64,000 nucleotides of DNA from an uncultured Acidobacteriota bacterium (GTDB taxonomy: Bacteria > Acidobacteriota > Vicinamibacteria > Vicinamibacterales > Fen-181): the NCBI GenBank assembly GCA_963813585.1, contig CAWEZL010000001.1, positions 866,791 through 930,790 on the forward strand, given 5' to 3'. A program made the translations under genes and the position numbers. Positions 20,174 through 32,505 of the stretch are shown one piece after another. Numbering within the stretch: position 1 is the stretch's first letter; each line of letters opens with the position of its first letter. The notes under the pieces were generated by a model, which had not been told where the DNA came from, did no database searches, and saw only the letters and a program-made list of their open reading frames with translations.

Positions 20174-20350
20174 CCAGGCCGCGGACTCAGACAGTTAGGA
20201 CTTCATCACGCCACGAGAAGAATAAATCTCTTCTCATCTGGCATAATTCATGTAGAGTTTAGCTTTCATTCCGCCAGCCCTTCCATTCTGGGAGGGTGGA
20301 GGGCGTGAACTGGCCCGGCCTGCCCAGCCGGGCATGTCAAGGAGGCTGCC

Positions 20351-21797
20351 ATGGAACGACCGGCGCTGCGCGACTTCCTGGAGATCCCGTACGACCGGCT
20401 CGAGGAGATGAACCTCGAGGCCAAGCAGCAGCGGGTCGACCCGCGTCGCTTTGGAGACGGTCCGGGAAGAACGCCAGCGCTACCTGAGGGACGAGAAGCG
20501 GATCAAGGCCGTGACGGTCTGTTTCACCGACCTCGAGGGCCGCTTCCACATGCTCGACTACGACAAGAAGTTCCTGCTCGGGTCGGCCGACCAGCTCACC
20601 TTCGACGGGTCGTCGGTGAAGGGGCTTCGCCGAGCAGGCCGAGTCGGACCTGCGACTGGCCGTGGACTGGACCTCGTTCTACTGGCTGCCGGCCGACGTG
20701 TTCGGGCCCGGCAAGGTCCTGGTCTTCGGTTTCGTGCAGGAGCGCGACGGCCGCCCGTACCACGCCGACATGCGCAGCCGGCTGCGCGAGCTACACCGAG
20801 GCGCTGCTGCAGCGCGACGGCACCGTCGCCCACGTTTCGAACGAGATCGAGGGCTTCCTCTTCAAGGGGCGCGACGTCGAGCGGCAGTACCACCTGACCA
20901 ACAGGTTCGAGTTCATCTCCACCGGCGGCTACTACCACTCGCTCCCCGGCGACGAGTTGAGGCGGTTCATCGACGGCTCCGCCGAGGTGCAGCGCGCGCT
21001 CGGCTTCGGCAACGAGAAGGACCACCCCGAGGTGGCGCCGTCGCAGTTCGAGATGAACTACCGGCACACCGAGGCGTGCATCGCGGCCGACCAGGTGCAG
21101 CTCTACAAGCTGGTGTGCCGCCAGGTGGCGCAGCAGATGGACATGACGGCGAGCTTCCTGCCCAAGCCGGTGACGCGGCGTCAACGGCAGCGGCATGCAC
21201 ACGAACCTCTCGCTCTCGCGCGGCGAGTGCAACCTGTTCTGGGATCCGAAGGGCGAGGACCAGTTGTCGGAGCTGGGGTGGTCGTTCGTGGATCGCGTGC
21301 TCGCGGCCGCCAACGACCTCTGCCTGGTCTTCAACTCGAGCGTCAACGCGTACCGGCGGCTCGACCCGCACTTCGAGGCGCCGAACCAGATCAAGGCGTC
21401 GGCGGTGAACCGCGGCGCGATGATCCGGATCCCGCTGGCCAACGAGACGTCCGCGCGGATCGAGCTGCGCTCGATCGGCCCGGACGCCAACCCGTACCTG
21501 GCCATCTACTCGCTGCTGCGCACCGGCCTCGAGGGGCCGCTGCCCGAGGACTCGCTCAACGAGATTCGCCGTTCGCGCACGCGCTTCCTGCCCGACAACA
21601 TCCACGACGCGATCCGGCTGTTCAAGTCGTCGCGCTTCCTGGCCGAGACGATGGGCGAGGAGGTCCACGCGAAGTTCGCCGAGGTGAAGCAACTGCAGGC
21701 CGACCGCTGCCCCAAGGCGCTCGGCCGCCTGATCAAGTCGTCCGAGGTCCAGTTCCACCACGAGGTGACGAACCAGTACCTCTGGAACAGGTTCTAG
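20351..21797 (+). pseudogene. Glutamine synthetase family protein (~482 aa), four frameshifts
   Basis: RBS aaggagg lies before ATG 20351. The segments join in order: ORF 20351 (MERPALRDFLEIPYDRLEEMNLEAKQQR), then ORF 20451 (ETVREERQRYL...VCFTDLEGRFHMLDY...DGSSVKG), then ORF 20662 (DWTSFYWLPADVFGPG...), then frame 20351 (NEIEGFLFKG...EVAPSQFEMNYRH), then ORF 21195 (MHTNLSL...NAYRRLDPHFEAPNQI...NRGAMIRIP). Shifts lie near 20445, 20625, 20790 and 21177. Confidence 0.8.
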
Positions 21798-21930
21798 ACT
21801 GTCCCCCGGCTGCGACGGTGCCGGGGACGTCTGCGCGAGGAACAACGCGTTTCACTGGCGTTTTAGCCCGTTTCCGCGTGGCCCTTCCTTTGCTCTCCTC
21901 ATCGTCAGGAGTTGAACAACGGGGGACGCC

Positions 21931-22639
21931 ATGATGACTCGATCCCGCCTGCTGCCCGCGCTCGCCGCCACCGCGCTGCTCGTCACGGCCACCGGCTGCG
22001 TCACCGCCTACGGCCAGCCGCGATACGGCGGGTACTACGGCCGCGACAGCAACGTCGGCCGCGCTGCCTACGACAACGGCTACCGGCGCGGCGCCGACCG
22101 CGGCGTCGCCGACGCCCGATCGGGCCGCAACGCGAACTACCGCAACGACCGCGACTACCGCGACGCCGATCGCGGCTATAGCCAGCGGTACGGCCCGCGC
22201 GGCCAGTACCGCCAGGAGTTCCGCCGCGGCTACGAGGCCGGGTATCGCGAGGGGTATTCCCGCTACGCCCGCGGCTCGGGCGACTACGGCTACGGCGGCG
22301 GGAGGGCGGTGCCCCGCGACGACCGCTCCCGCTATCCCGACTCGCGCTCCGGCTACCCGGACGCGCGCTCCGGCTACCCCGACTCGCGCGCCGGCGGCTA
22401 CCGTTCTGGCTACGCCGCGCCGGCGTACGCACCGGGGGTACCGCGAGGGGTACGAGAAGGGGCGCGACGATGGGCGTGACGGCGACCGGTTCGACCCGAT
22501 CCGCCACAAGTGGTACCGGGAGGGGGATCGCGGCTACAAGTCCCGCGACGGGTCGCGCGAACAGTACAAAGCCGCCTACCGCGAGGCCTTCCGCCGCGGA
22601 TACGACGAGGGCTATCGCGAGGGACAGTACAGGCGATAG
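21931..22639 (+). CDS. Lipoprotein rich in Arg/Tyr/Gly/Asp short repeats; one frameshift near 22435
   Basis: Signal peptide plus lipobox (LLVTATGC). After ...YAAPAYA the sequence GYREGYEKGRDDGRDGDRFDPIRHKWYREGDRGYKSRDGSREQYKAAYREAFRRGYDEGYREGQYRR continues in another frame to TAG at 22637-22639. Confidence 0.65.
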
Positions 22640-22918
22640 CCGTCCACGAAGGCACGGAGGCACGAACTCGCCCAGTCGAAGTCCACGAGGTCGCGAGGTC
22701 GGACGTCAGGACCTCCGGCCTCGAGGCTTCGACTTACAACTCTGCAGCGAGTTCAACGGTTTCGTAATCGCGCTCGCGCCGCCACACTCCCGCCAAGGCC
22801 ACCGACCCCCCAAACACTCAGCAACCTGACGCTTTTCGAAGGTGACGGCAGAGGTGTCGTTCTTGCCTTCCCAACCGTGGACTCGTATCGCCGAAGGAGC
22901 TGACGGGAGCGCCGAACC

Positions 22919-25126
22919 ATGGCCGACACCACCCCCACCCCCGGATTCTTCGACGGGCTCGGCGACCGCGTGGTCGTCCGCGACCGCGCCGGTGGCGCTC
23001 TCGAAGTGCTGCGCCTCCGGGCGGATCTGACCGCCGACGCCGGCTTCGAGCCGAAGGTGCGCGCGCGGATCCAGCAGCTCGCCGCCGTGCAGCACCCGGG
23101 GCTGGGGCGCGTCCGCCACGTCGGGCGTCTCGCCGCGCCCGACAACCGCCTCGCCATCGTCTCCGACCTGGCCGACGGCCTGAGGCTGTCCGAGGTGCTG
23201 CAGGCCACCGAGCAGCTGAACCTGGCGCTGCACACCAACGCGGCGCTCTTCCTCCTGCGGCAGCTCGTGTCCGCGGTCGCCTGCCTGCACGGCCTCGGCG
23301 CCGACGTCTCGCACGGCGCCCTCGGGCCCGAGCGCCTCGTCATCTCGCCGACGGGCCGCCTCGTCGCGGTGGAGCAGGTGCTCGGAAGCGCGCTGTCCCA
23401 CGTGCCGCACCCGCAGCCCGCCCGGGTCTGGAAGGACCTGCGCATCGCCCTCGCCGTCGACGAGCAGCCGCCCTTCGGCCGCCGCAGCGACCTGCTGCAG
23501 GTCGGCCTGTGCGGCCTGGCGATGGTCCTGGGGCGGCCGCTGCGCCTCGAAGAGTTCCCGCTCAGGGTGCGTGATCTCCTCGATGGCGCGACCGAGAGCA
23601 TGGTGACCGGCGATCGGCGCGCGCTCCGCGCGCCGATGCGCGCCTGGCTGGAGCGCGCGATGGCGGCCGGCGAGCCGGCGGAGACGCCCTGGACGATCGA
23701 GGAGGCGCGGCACGCGCTGGACACGCTGCTCGCCTCGGACGGGTACTTCGCCACGCCGACAGGCCTGACCACGCTGCTCGAGAGCGTCCGGCGCTACCTC
23801 GCCGGCACGGACCTCGAGACGACGAAGGAGGAGGAAGGCGCGGCGCCCGTCTCGCGTCTCCGGCTGGTGCCGCCGGCCGCGCCGCCCGCTCCGGCCGAGA
23901 CGGTCGCGCCGGTCGCGCCGCATACGCCGCCCGTGCCGCACACGCCGCCCGTGCCGCATACGCCGCCGTCCCCGTCCTGGCCCGCGCCGCTCGCAGCCGC
24001 TCGCGACGTCGGCAGCGCCCGGACGGAGGGCTCGCTCGCCGTGGCCACCACGTTCCCCATGCCGGCCGAGGCCGACGAGAGCTTCGCGCCGGAGGCTGGC
24101 GTGTCGTTTCCTCCCGACGACCCCGAAACCGAGCCGACCATCGTGGGCCCGGCGCCCCCGCCACCGCCGCGCGCCTCGAGCGGGGCGGTGCCGGTCGCGT
24201 CCGCGGCGCCTTCGACGCCCGGCAGCGGCGCTGTCGGCAGCGCCGGCTCGCTTGGCGACCCGGTGGCCGAGCCGCTGGCTGGCCCGATCGCGGCGACGCT
24301 CGCGCGCGAGAGCCTCGGCGAGCTGGTGCACACCCGCCCGGGCCGCACCGACGGCTCCGGCGCGCACCGCGTCGCAAGCGGATCGATCCATACGACACGG
24401 TCGATGTTCGACGCGGACGCCGGGCGGATGCCGCGAAGCCACGCGGGCCGGTCGAGCCTCGCGCTGAAGGTGGCGGGCGCCGGCGGCCTCGTGGCCGCGC
24501 TCGCGGTTGCCGGCTGGTTCGTCTTCGGCGCGCGCCCCGCGCCCGAGAAGGCGTCGCCCCCCACCACACGCTCCGCCGCGGTCGCCCGGGCATCGGTCCC
24601 GGCGCCGCCGCCGTCGCGGGCCGCGTCCCCTGCCGCGGAGACGGCTGCCCCGCTCCCGCCCGCCGGAAGCGAGACGCTCCCGGCGAGCCTTGCCGGCGCC
24701 GCCGCCGCCGCCCAGGACGCCGGCAGCCTGCTGTTCCAGGCGCCGTTCCCGCTCGAGGTGTTCGAGGACGCCGTCCGGCTCGGCACCACCGACGCCCCGA
24801 TCGTTCTCCCGTCCGGCCGTCACCAGCTCGACCTGGTGAACCGCGACTACCTCTTCCGCGGACAGCAGACGGTGGACGTTCGCCCGGGTCGGGCGTCGAG
24901 GGTCGCCGCGAAGCTGCCGACCGGGCTGGTGAACGTCAACGCGACGCCGTGGGCCGAGGTCTGGATCGACGGCGTCCGCGCCGGCGAGACGCCGCTCGGC
25001 AACCTGTCGCTCACGATCGGCCCGCACGACGTCGTCTTCCGTCACCCACAGCTCGGCGAGCGGACGCGCACGCTGGTCGTCACCGCCGGGGCCGCCACCC
25101 GGCTCAGCGTGGAGATGCAGCAATGA
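22919..25126 (+). CDS. Degenerate protein-kinase-like (pseudokinase) N-terminal domain, Pro-rich linker, TM segment, C-terminal PEGA-like domains
   Basis: 735-aa intact ORF. HGALGPERLVISPTGRLVAVEQVLG occupies the place of HRDLKPxN...DFG, so both catalytic Asp residues are missing. There is an HTPPVP x3 repeat. The C-terminus (LPSGRHQLDLVN..., NATPWAEVWIDGVRAGETPLGNLSLTIGPHDVVF) is PEGA-like. Confidence 0.7.
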   Translation: MADTTPTPGFFDGLGDRVVVRDRAGGALEVLRLRADLTADAGFEPKVRARIQQLAAVQHPGLGRVRHVGRLAAPDNRLAIVSDLADGLRLSEVLQATEQLNLALHTNAALFLLRQLVSAVACLHGLGADVSHGALGPERLVISPTGRLVAVEQVLGSALSHVPHPQPARVWKDLRIALAVDEQPPFGRRSDLLQVGLCGLAMVLGRPLRLEEFPLRVRDLLDGATESMVTGDRRALRAPMRAWLERAMAAGEPAETPWTIEEARHALDTLLASDGYFATPTGLTTLLESVRRYLAGTDLETTKEEEGAAPVSRLRLVPPAAPPAPAETVAPVAPHTPPVPHTPPVPHTPPSPSWPAPLAAARDVGSARTEGSLAVATTFPMPAEADESFAPEAGVSFPPDDPETEPTIVGPAPPPPPRASSGAVPVASAAPSTPGSGAVGSAGSLGDPVAEPLAGPIAATLARESLGELVHTRPGRTDGSGAHRVASGSIHTTRSMFDADAGRMPRSHAGRSSLALKVAGAGGLVAALAVAGWFVFGARPAPEKASPPTTRSAAVARASVPAPPPSRAASPAAETAAPLPPAGSETLPASLAGAAAAAQDAGSLLFQAPFPLEVFEDAVRLGTTDAPIVLPSGRHQLDLVNRDYLFRGQQTVDVRPGRASRVAAKLPTGLVNVNATPWAEVWIDGVRAGETPLGNLSLTIGPHDVVFRHPQLGERTRTLVVTAGAATRLSVEMQQ

Positions 25127-26046
25127 ACACGCGCATCACCTTTGCCGCGATCGTCATCCTCCTGGTGGTCCTGACCGGCGCCCGGATGGCCGGGGCGCAG
25201 GGCACGCTGGCGTCGGCGCGCGACCTGTACGGCGCGGCGGCGTACGAGGAGGCCCTCGCCCTGCTCGATCAGCTCAAGGCCTCGCCTGCGGACAACGCCG
25301 ACGGTCGGCAAGTGGACCAGGTTCGCGTCCTGTGCCTGCTCGCGCTCGGGCGCCAGGCCGACGCGGAGCGCGCGATCGGCGAGGTCATCAACGCGAACGC
25401 GTCGTTCGAGCCCGACCCGTCCACCACGTCGCCCCGCGTGCAGACCGCCTTCCGCGACGTCCGCCGGAAGGTGCTGCCCGGCATCATCCAGCAGCGGTAC
25501 GCGGCCGCCAAGGCGGCGTTCGACAGCCGGGAGTACTGGTCGGCCATCGAGCAGTTCGACGCGATCCTGACGCTGGTCGGGGCGCCCGACGCGGCGGCTG
25601 ACCCGCAGGAGGCGTCGATGCGCGACCTGCGAACGCTCGTGCTCGGCTTCCGCGACCTGGCCCGCTCGGCGATGCCCGGCGCGCCGGCGGCGGCTGCCGT
25701 GGCGCAGCCCGCGATCGCCGACGTGCTGCCGCCACCGACACCCAAGCCCCGCGCGTTCTACGGGCCCGACGACAAGGGGGTCGTTCCGCCGGCCGTGGTC
25801 AACCAGCGGCTGCCGCGGTGGGCCGGCCCGCCGCTCACGATGTTGGCCGCGAACCAGCGGCGCGGGGCGATCGAGGTGCTGATCAACGAGGCGGGGGGCG
25901 TCGAGTGGGCGGTGGTGCGGGCGAAGACCGGCACGGCCTACGACGCGGCGCTCGCGGACCAGGCGCTGCACTGGAAGTACCAGCCGGCGACGCTGAACGG
26001 CGCCGCGGTGAAGTACCGCAAGATGATCCAGTTCACGCTGGAATAG
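25123..26046 (+). CDS. Membrane-anchored/secreted protein with a TPR-like N-terminal region and a TonB C-terminal-like domain
   Basis: ATG 25123 overlaps the upstream stop (ATGA). There is an N-terminal hydrophobic segment. The C-terminus (VVPPAVVNQRLPRW...GAIEVLINEAGGVEWAVVRAKTGTAYDAALADQALHWKYQPATLNGAAVKY) fits the TonB_C pattern. Confidence 0.65.
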   Translation: MNTRITFAAIVILLVVLTGARMAGAQGTLASARDLYGAAAYEEALALLDQLKASPADNADGRQVDQVRVLCLLALGRQADAERAIGEVINANASFEPDPSTTSPRVQTAFRDVRRKVLPGIIQQRYAAAKAAFDSREYWSAIEQFDAILTLVGAPDAAADPQEASMRDLRTLVLGFRDLARSAMPGAPAAAAVAQPAIADVLPPPTPKPRAFYGPDDKGVVPPAVVNQRLPRWAGPPLTMLAANQRRGAIEVLINEAGGVEWAVVRAKTGTAYDAALADQALHWKYQPATLNGAAVKYRKMIQFTLE

Positions 26047-26114
26047 ACGCCCCTCGCCGCCCGGTCGGGGCGGATCCCGTTCCCGCGTCCTATCGCCGCG
26101 GCTATACTGGCCCC

Positions 26115-26677
26115 GTGGCCACCTCGTCCCCCGACCCACTGGCGACGCTGCTCGACCGGGCGCGCCAGGGGCAGCCGGCGGCCGTCGAGGAACTCGTTCC
26201 GATCCTCTACACGGAGTTGCGCCGGATTGCGGCGCGCTCGCTGCGCCGGGAGCGGCCGGGGCAGACCCTGCAGCCGACCGCGCTCGTGCACGAGGCCTAC
26301 CTGCGGCTGCTGAAGGACGAAGACCTCTCGTTCCAGAACCGCGCCCACTTCCTGGCCATCGCCGCCCGCTCGATGCGCCAGATCCTCGTCGAGCACGCGC
26401 GCGCCCGCGACGCGCAGAAGCGCGGCGGGCGGCGCCACCAGGTGACGCTCGACGAGGGCATGGCCGCCGAGGGGCCGCGCGATGTCGAGCTGGTGGCGCT
26501 CGACGAGGCGCTCGATCGCCTGAAGCTGGTGGACCCGGGCCAGGCGCAGATCGTCGAGCTGCGGTTCTTCGGCGGCCTGACCAACGAGGAGGCGGCCGAG
26601 GCGCTCGGCGTCTCCCCCGCCACCGTGAAGCGCGGCTGGGCCGTCGCGCGCGCCTGGCTCTACCGTGAGTTGACAGT

Positions 26678-26681
<4 letters not shown>
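26115..26681 (+). CDS. ECF-type RNA polymerase sigma factor (TIGR02999-like, Ser/Thr-kinase-associated group)
   Basis: Putative GTG start at 26115. ELVPILYTELRRIAARSLRRERPGQTLQPTALVHEAYLRL is the signature N-terminus of this family. Region 4 is present (ELRFFGGLTNEEAAEALGVSPATVKRGWAVARAWL). Confidence 0.85.
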
Positions 26682-28198
<1,517 letters not shown>

Positions 28199-28253
28199 CC
28201 GCGCATTGACCCTCTGCGTGTCCTGATTGCGCATTCCCATTCAGAGGGACGCC

Positions 28254-28940
28254 ATGGACATGCCTGCCTACTCCGACCCCGTCCGCCTTCAGTCGAGCCT
28301 GCTGTCGGCCGCCGAAAAGCGGCTGCTCGTGCGGATCGCCCGGCGCCTGCCCGCCTGGATCAACTCCGACCACCTGACCAGCCTCGCGCTGGCGGCGATG
28401 GCCCTGGCGGGCGCCTCGTACTGGCTGGCGTCCCGGCATCCGGTCGGGCTGCTGCTGGCGACCGCCTGGCTGGCCGTGAACTGGTTCGGGGACAGCCTCG
28501 ACGGCACCGTCGCCCGCGTTCGCGGCGCGCAGCGGCCCCGCTACGGCTTCTACGTCGACCACGTGGTGGACGCGATTGGCACCGCGTGCCTGTTCGGCGG
28601 GCTGGCGATGTCGGGCTACATGAGCCCGGTGATCGCGCTGCTCGTACTGCTGGCTTACAGCCTGGTGACCGTCGAGGTCTTCCTCGCCACCGTCGTGTCG
28701 GGCACCTTCCGGATGTCGTTCATGGCGATCGGGCCGACCGAGCTGCGGATCCTGCTGGCCGTCGGCAACGCCTGGGTGGCCTTCGACCCCATCGTGGCGC
28801 TGGCCGGCCGGACGTTCCTGCTGTTCGACGTGGCGGGCGCGATCGGGGCGGCGGGATTGGCGGTTGCCTTCCTGGCGTCGGCCGCCCGCAACACCCGCGA
28901 GCTGTACCTCGCCGAGCCGCTGCGCAGGGGGTTATCCTAG
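28254..28940 (+). CDS. CDP-alcohol phosphatidyltransferase family protein
   Basis: The motif [28 protein letters not shown] fits D(x)2DG(x)2AR...G(x)3D(x)3D. It is a multi-TM protein. ATG 28254 follows agaggga; an alternative TTG start lies at 28227. Confidence 0.85.
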   Translation: MDMPAYSDPVRLQSSLLSAAEKRLLVRIARRLPAWINSDHLTSLALAAMALAGASYWLASRHPVGLLLATAWLAVNWFGDSLDGTVARVRGAQRPRYGFYVDHVVDAIGTACLFGGLAMSGYMSPVIALLVLLAYSLVTVEVFLATVVSGTFRMSFMAIGPTELRILLAVGNAWVAFDPIVALAGRTFLLFDVAGAIGAAGLAVAFLASAARNTRELYLAEPLRRGLS

Positions 28941-28953
28941 GCGCGGGGTCTCG

Positions 28954-29635
28954 ATGCGAATCCTCGTCGTCGAGGACGACCGCAAGGTCGCGAGCTTCAT
29001 CCAGGCGGGCCTGCAGCAGGAAGGTCACGCGGTGGACGTGCTGCACGAGGGCGCCGGTGCCGGCGCGGAGGCCGGGGTCGATCGACTACGACGCCGTGGT
29101 CCTCGACCTGATGCTGCCGGATCGATCCGGCTTCCAGGTGCTGCGCGACATTCGCGCGCGGAAGCCCTCGCTCCCGGTGCTCATCCTCACGGCCAAGGAC
29201 GGCGTCGAGGACCGCGTGGCGGGCCTCGACGCGGGCGCGGACGACTACATGGCGAAGCCGTTCGCGCTCGCCGAGCTGTCGGCACGCCTTCGCGCCCTCC
29301 TCCGTCGCGGCGCACCGCGCGAGAACGTCCTGCGGCGTGGCCGACCTCGAGCTGGACACGATCCAGCGCAGCGTGCGGCGCGCCGGGCGGCCCATCGAGT
29401 TGAAGCCCAAGGAGTACTCGCTGCTCGAGTTCCTGATGCGGAACAGCGGCCGGCCGCTGACCCGCTCGATGATCATCGAGCACGTGTGGGACATCCACTT
29501 CGACAGCGTCAGCAACGTCGTCGAGGTGCACATCAACTCGCTGCGGAACAAGATCGACCGGGGGTTCGACGCCTCCGCTCATCCACACCATCCGCGGCGT
29601 CGGGTTACGTGCTCACCGACACCCTGCCGTCATGA
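28954..29635 (+). pseudogene. OmpR-family response regulator, frameshifted (>=3 shifts)
   Basis: [27 protein letters not shown] (from 28954), then [25 protein letters not shown]...LILTAKD...[10 protein letters not shown] (frame of ORF 28586), then [32 protein letters not shown] (ORF 29337), then [10 protein letters not shown] to the stop at 29633-29635. Confidence 0.8.
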
Positions 29636-31039
29636 CCCTCACGCTGCGCACGCGCCTGGCGCTGACCTCGACGGCGGTGGTCGGGGGGCTGCTGGCGGGC
29701 CTGGGCTGTGCCTCGTACCGCGTGCTGGCGGGGCGCCTCGACGCCGACGCCACGGCGCGTCTCGACGAGCTGACCCGAGGGGCTCCACGGCTACCTGGTC
29801 TTCGAGTCGGGGACGCCGTCGGTGCGTTTCGACGCGAACGACACGCGACCAGGCGGCCTTCGTGCACGAAGCGACCCGGTACTACCAGGTGTACGACGCG
29901 GCGACCGGACGGCTGCTCGTGCAGTCCGACGGCTTTCGCACCGCTGGGGGCGCAGCTGACCGCCGACGAGGTCCGGGAGGCGGGCGAACGGCCGGATGCC
30001 GCGGACCTCCAGACCGACTACGGCCGACTGCGGATCTCGAGCAGCGTCGATTCGCGACCGGGCGGGCCGGGCCTACCTGCTGCAGGTGGGGATCCCGCTC
30101 GCGCAGACGGACGGGCGCTGCACGCTATCGCGGACCTCCTGCTGTGGGGCGCGCTGCCGTCGCTCCTGGTCGCGGCGCTGGCCTCCTGGTGGCTGTCCGC
30201 GCTCGCGCTGGCGCCGCTGCGGGACATGGCGGCCTCCGCCGGCACGATCGACGTCACGGCGCTCCGACGAGCGCCTGCCCGACGCGCGGCGCCGGCGACG
30301 AACTGGACGCGCTGGCCGGGGCGTTCAACGCGACGCTCGACCGGCTCGAGCAGCTCGGTCGGCGAGATGCGCCAGTTCAGCGCGCTCGCTCGCGCACGAA
30401 CTCCGCACGCCCCTGGCCGCCCTGCGGGGCGAGATCGAGCTGGCGCTGCGGCGGCCCGGTGCCGAACCGGGGCAGCAGGCGGTCGTTCGCGAGCCAGATC
30501 GAGGAGATCGACCGGCTCACGCGGCTGATCGACCACATCCTGACGCTCGCTCGCGCCGAGTCGGGGAGATTCCCCTGACGTTCGCCCGCGTGGACGTCAG
30601 CTTCCCTGGCGTCCTCGCTCGTCGAGCAGATCGATCCGGTCGCCCAGGCCCGGGGCATCGACCTTCGCTTCGAGGGTTCGGGCGACGCCGCCGTGGTCGC
30701 GGCGACGAGGAGTGGCTGCGCCGCCTGCTGCTGAACCTGCTCGACAACGCGTTGAAGTTCACCGCCGCCGGCGGCCGGGTGCGCGTCCGCACGTCTCGAG
30801 TCGGCGAGCAGGTCGCGATCGAGGTGACCGACACCGGCATCGGCATGACCGCGGACGTCGCGGCGCGCGCGTTCGAGCGGTTCTTCCGCGGCGACCCCGC
30901 CCGGGCGCCGGGCGCCGAGGGCGCCGGCCTCGGGCTGAGCCTCGCGCAGTGGATCGCGGGTCGCCACGCCGGCAGGGTCACCGCGTCCAGCCGGCCCGGC
31001 GAGGGCTCGACCTTCACGGTGACGCTGCCGGCCGCGTGA
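29632..31039 (+). pseudogene. Sensor histidine kinase (HAMP/HisKA/HATPase_c), heavily frameshifted (>=8 shifts)
   Basis: ATG 29632 overlaps the regulator stop (ATGA). Recognisable pieces are spread over three frames: ALAPLRDMAASAGTID, GDELDALAGAFNATLDRLEQL, LAHELRTPLAALRGEIELAL, EEIDRLTRLIDHILTLARAESG, LRRLLLNLLDNALKFT...VTDTGIGM...ERFFRGD...GAGLGLSLAQWIA...GEGSTFTVTLP. Confidence 0.75.
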
Positions 31040-31049
31040 GCGTTGCGCG

Positions 31050-31430
31050 CTACCTCGCCGGTTTGCGCGGTGCCTGCTTCGCCGCCGCCGGCCGCGGCCG
31101 GCCGTTCTGCTCGTGCGGCCCCACGACCGCCGTGGCCACGTGCGAGGTGCCCTCCACGTGGTACCGAACCGAGACCCGCGACCCGCAGCCAGGTTGCCCT
31201 GCTGCCTGGTCGCAGGGTTCAGCACGAACGACATGTCCCGGCCCTTCTTCACGCGCGATCACCAGGCTCGTGGCGTCGATCGCCCTGACCGTCCCCCGGA
31301 CGGAGTGGGTCGCCGCCTTGACGGGCGCCTTCGCCGCGGCCGGTCGCACGCCCGGGGCAAGGGCGAACGCCGCCACCGGCAGGGCCGACATCGCCGTCAC
31401 GAGGATCGCCGTTCTCAGCATGCTGCGCAT
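31050..31430 (-). CDS. Small secreted hypothetical protein, probably frameshifted twice
   Basis: Signal peptide MRSMLRTAILVTAMSALPVAAFA. The middle part reads better in another frame (KKGRDMSFVLNPATRQQGNLAAG, ORF 30377..31252) before returning to SRVSVRYHVEGTSHVATAVV. Confidence 0.45.
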   Translation of the reverse strand: MRSMLRTAILVTAMSALPVAAFALAPGVRPAAAKAPVKAATHSVRGTVRAIDATSLVIAREEGPGHVVRAEPCDQAAGQPGCGSRVSVRYHVEGTSHVATAVVGPHEQNGRPRPAAAKQAPRKPAR

Positions 31431-31535
31431 CTGCCTGCTCCCTGTCCGGCCGCCGGCGGGCCCGACATGGGCCGCGCTCCGGGCCGACCTGCCTCCATGT
31501 CAACAGGCCCGCCTGAAGCCGCGATGAGCTGCGGA

Positions 31536-32505
31536 TTAACTTCGCTTAATGGACGCGGCCTCCGCTGCGGGCGCGAAGGCGGCGACGGCCCCGATGCGGC
31601 CGAGCCCAGAACCCGAGGCGGAATCGTCAGGATGACGAACGCGACCACCGAGAACCCGCTCGCGGTCGTCTTGTCCACCCCGAGCAGCGTCAGGCCGACG
31701 ACGCATGCAAACTGGTAGGTGCCGATGTTGGCCGGGGCGTTCGGGATCGTCGTGCCGAGGGTGACGATGACCAGGACCGCGGCGCCCTCCCAGAAGCTGA
31801 GTCGAGCCGTAGGCGCGCATCACCAGCCAGAAGGCGAGCGCCTGGCCAGAGAGGACCGCGAGGGAGACCGCGAGGGCGAGGTAGCGTTCCGCGCCGCCGG
31901 CCGATCTGCTGGAATCCCCGCCTGAACCGGGTGAGCCAGTGCGGGGGGTGCAGCGCCGCGTGGTGAGAGTCCCGCGGGGGAGGCGGCACGCGCAGGACCT
32001 CGTACAGGAACAGCGCCGCGGCTCCAACGATGAGGACGCCGAGCACGTCGCCCGCCAGGCGGAAGGAGTGCGGCAGCGGCAGCAGCGCTGCCGTGACCCC
32101 GACGCCGACCGCCAGCCAGACGCCGTCGAACAACCGCTCGACCACGACCGAGGGGAAGACGGCGGAGACCGGCGCCTGCAGCCGGCGCGCCGCCACGTAG
32201 GCGCGGACCACCTCGCCCGCGCGCATCGGCAGGACCTCGTTGGTGAAGAGGCCGGCGTAGATCGCCTGCGCCGCGTGCGGCCACGAGATGCGGCCCACGG
32301 GCCGCAGCAGCAGCTTCCACCGCAGTCCCTGCAGGAAGTAGCTCCACGCGTCCACGACCATGCCGAGGGCGACCCACCGCCACCCGAGCTGGCGAGCGGC
32401 CTCGATCATGGGGCGCGGGTGGACGTCGTGGAAGACCCACACCAGGCAGCCGGCGGCGACCAGGTAGCCGGCGGCCGCCTGGATGCGTTCGCGCCTCGAG
32501 CTCAT
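31536..32505 (-). pseudogene. Lysyl-PG synthase TM-region/flippase-like (UPF0104) membrane protein, frameshifted (>=2 shifts)
   Basis: The start MSSRRERIQ at 32505 overlaps the upstream stop (ATGA). The motif LRWKLLLRPVGRISWPHAAQAIYAGLFTNEVLPMRAGEVVRAYV...VVVERLFDG is typical of the family. The sequence continues in ORF 31536..32027 and ORF 31415..31678 (FSVVAFVILTIP). The 3' end is uncertain. Confidence 0.65.

Noticed and set aside
20236-20256. Sigma-54 promoter (TGGCAT-N5-ATGT) upstream of the glutamine synthetase-like gene
   Set aside because: The -24 GG is present, but the -12 element reads ATGT instead of TTGC/GC. The match is too weak to call without a TSS or conservation.
22706-25123. 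805-aa minus-strand ORF, and similar long antisense ORFs (635..2143, 6735..8573, 7735..9405, 14341..16953, 26660..28240, 36031..38196, 57593..59173, 61174..63786)
   Set aside because: All lie opposite genes with clear family motifs. They have extreme Arg/Gly/Pro/Ala composition with no recognisable domains. Stop-codon scarcity in G+C-rich DNA explains them.
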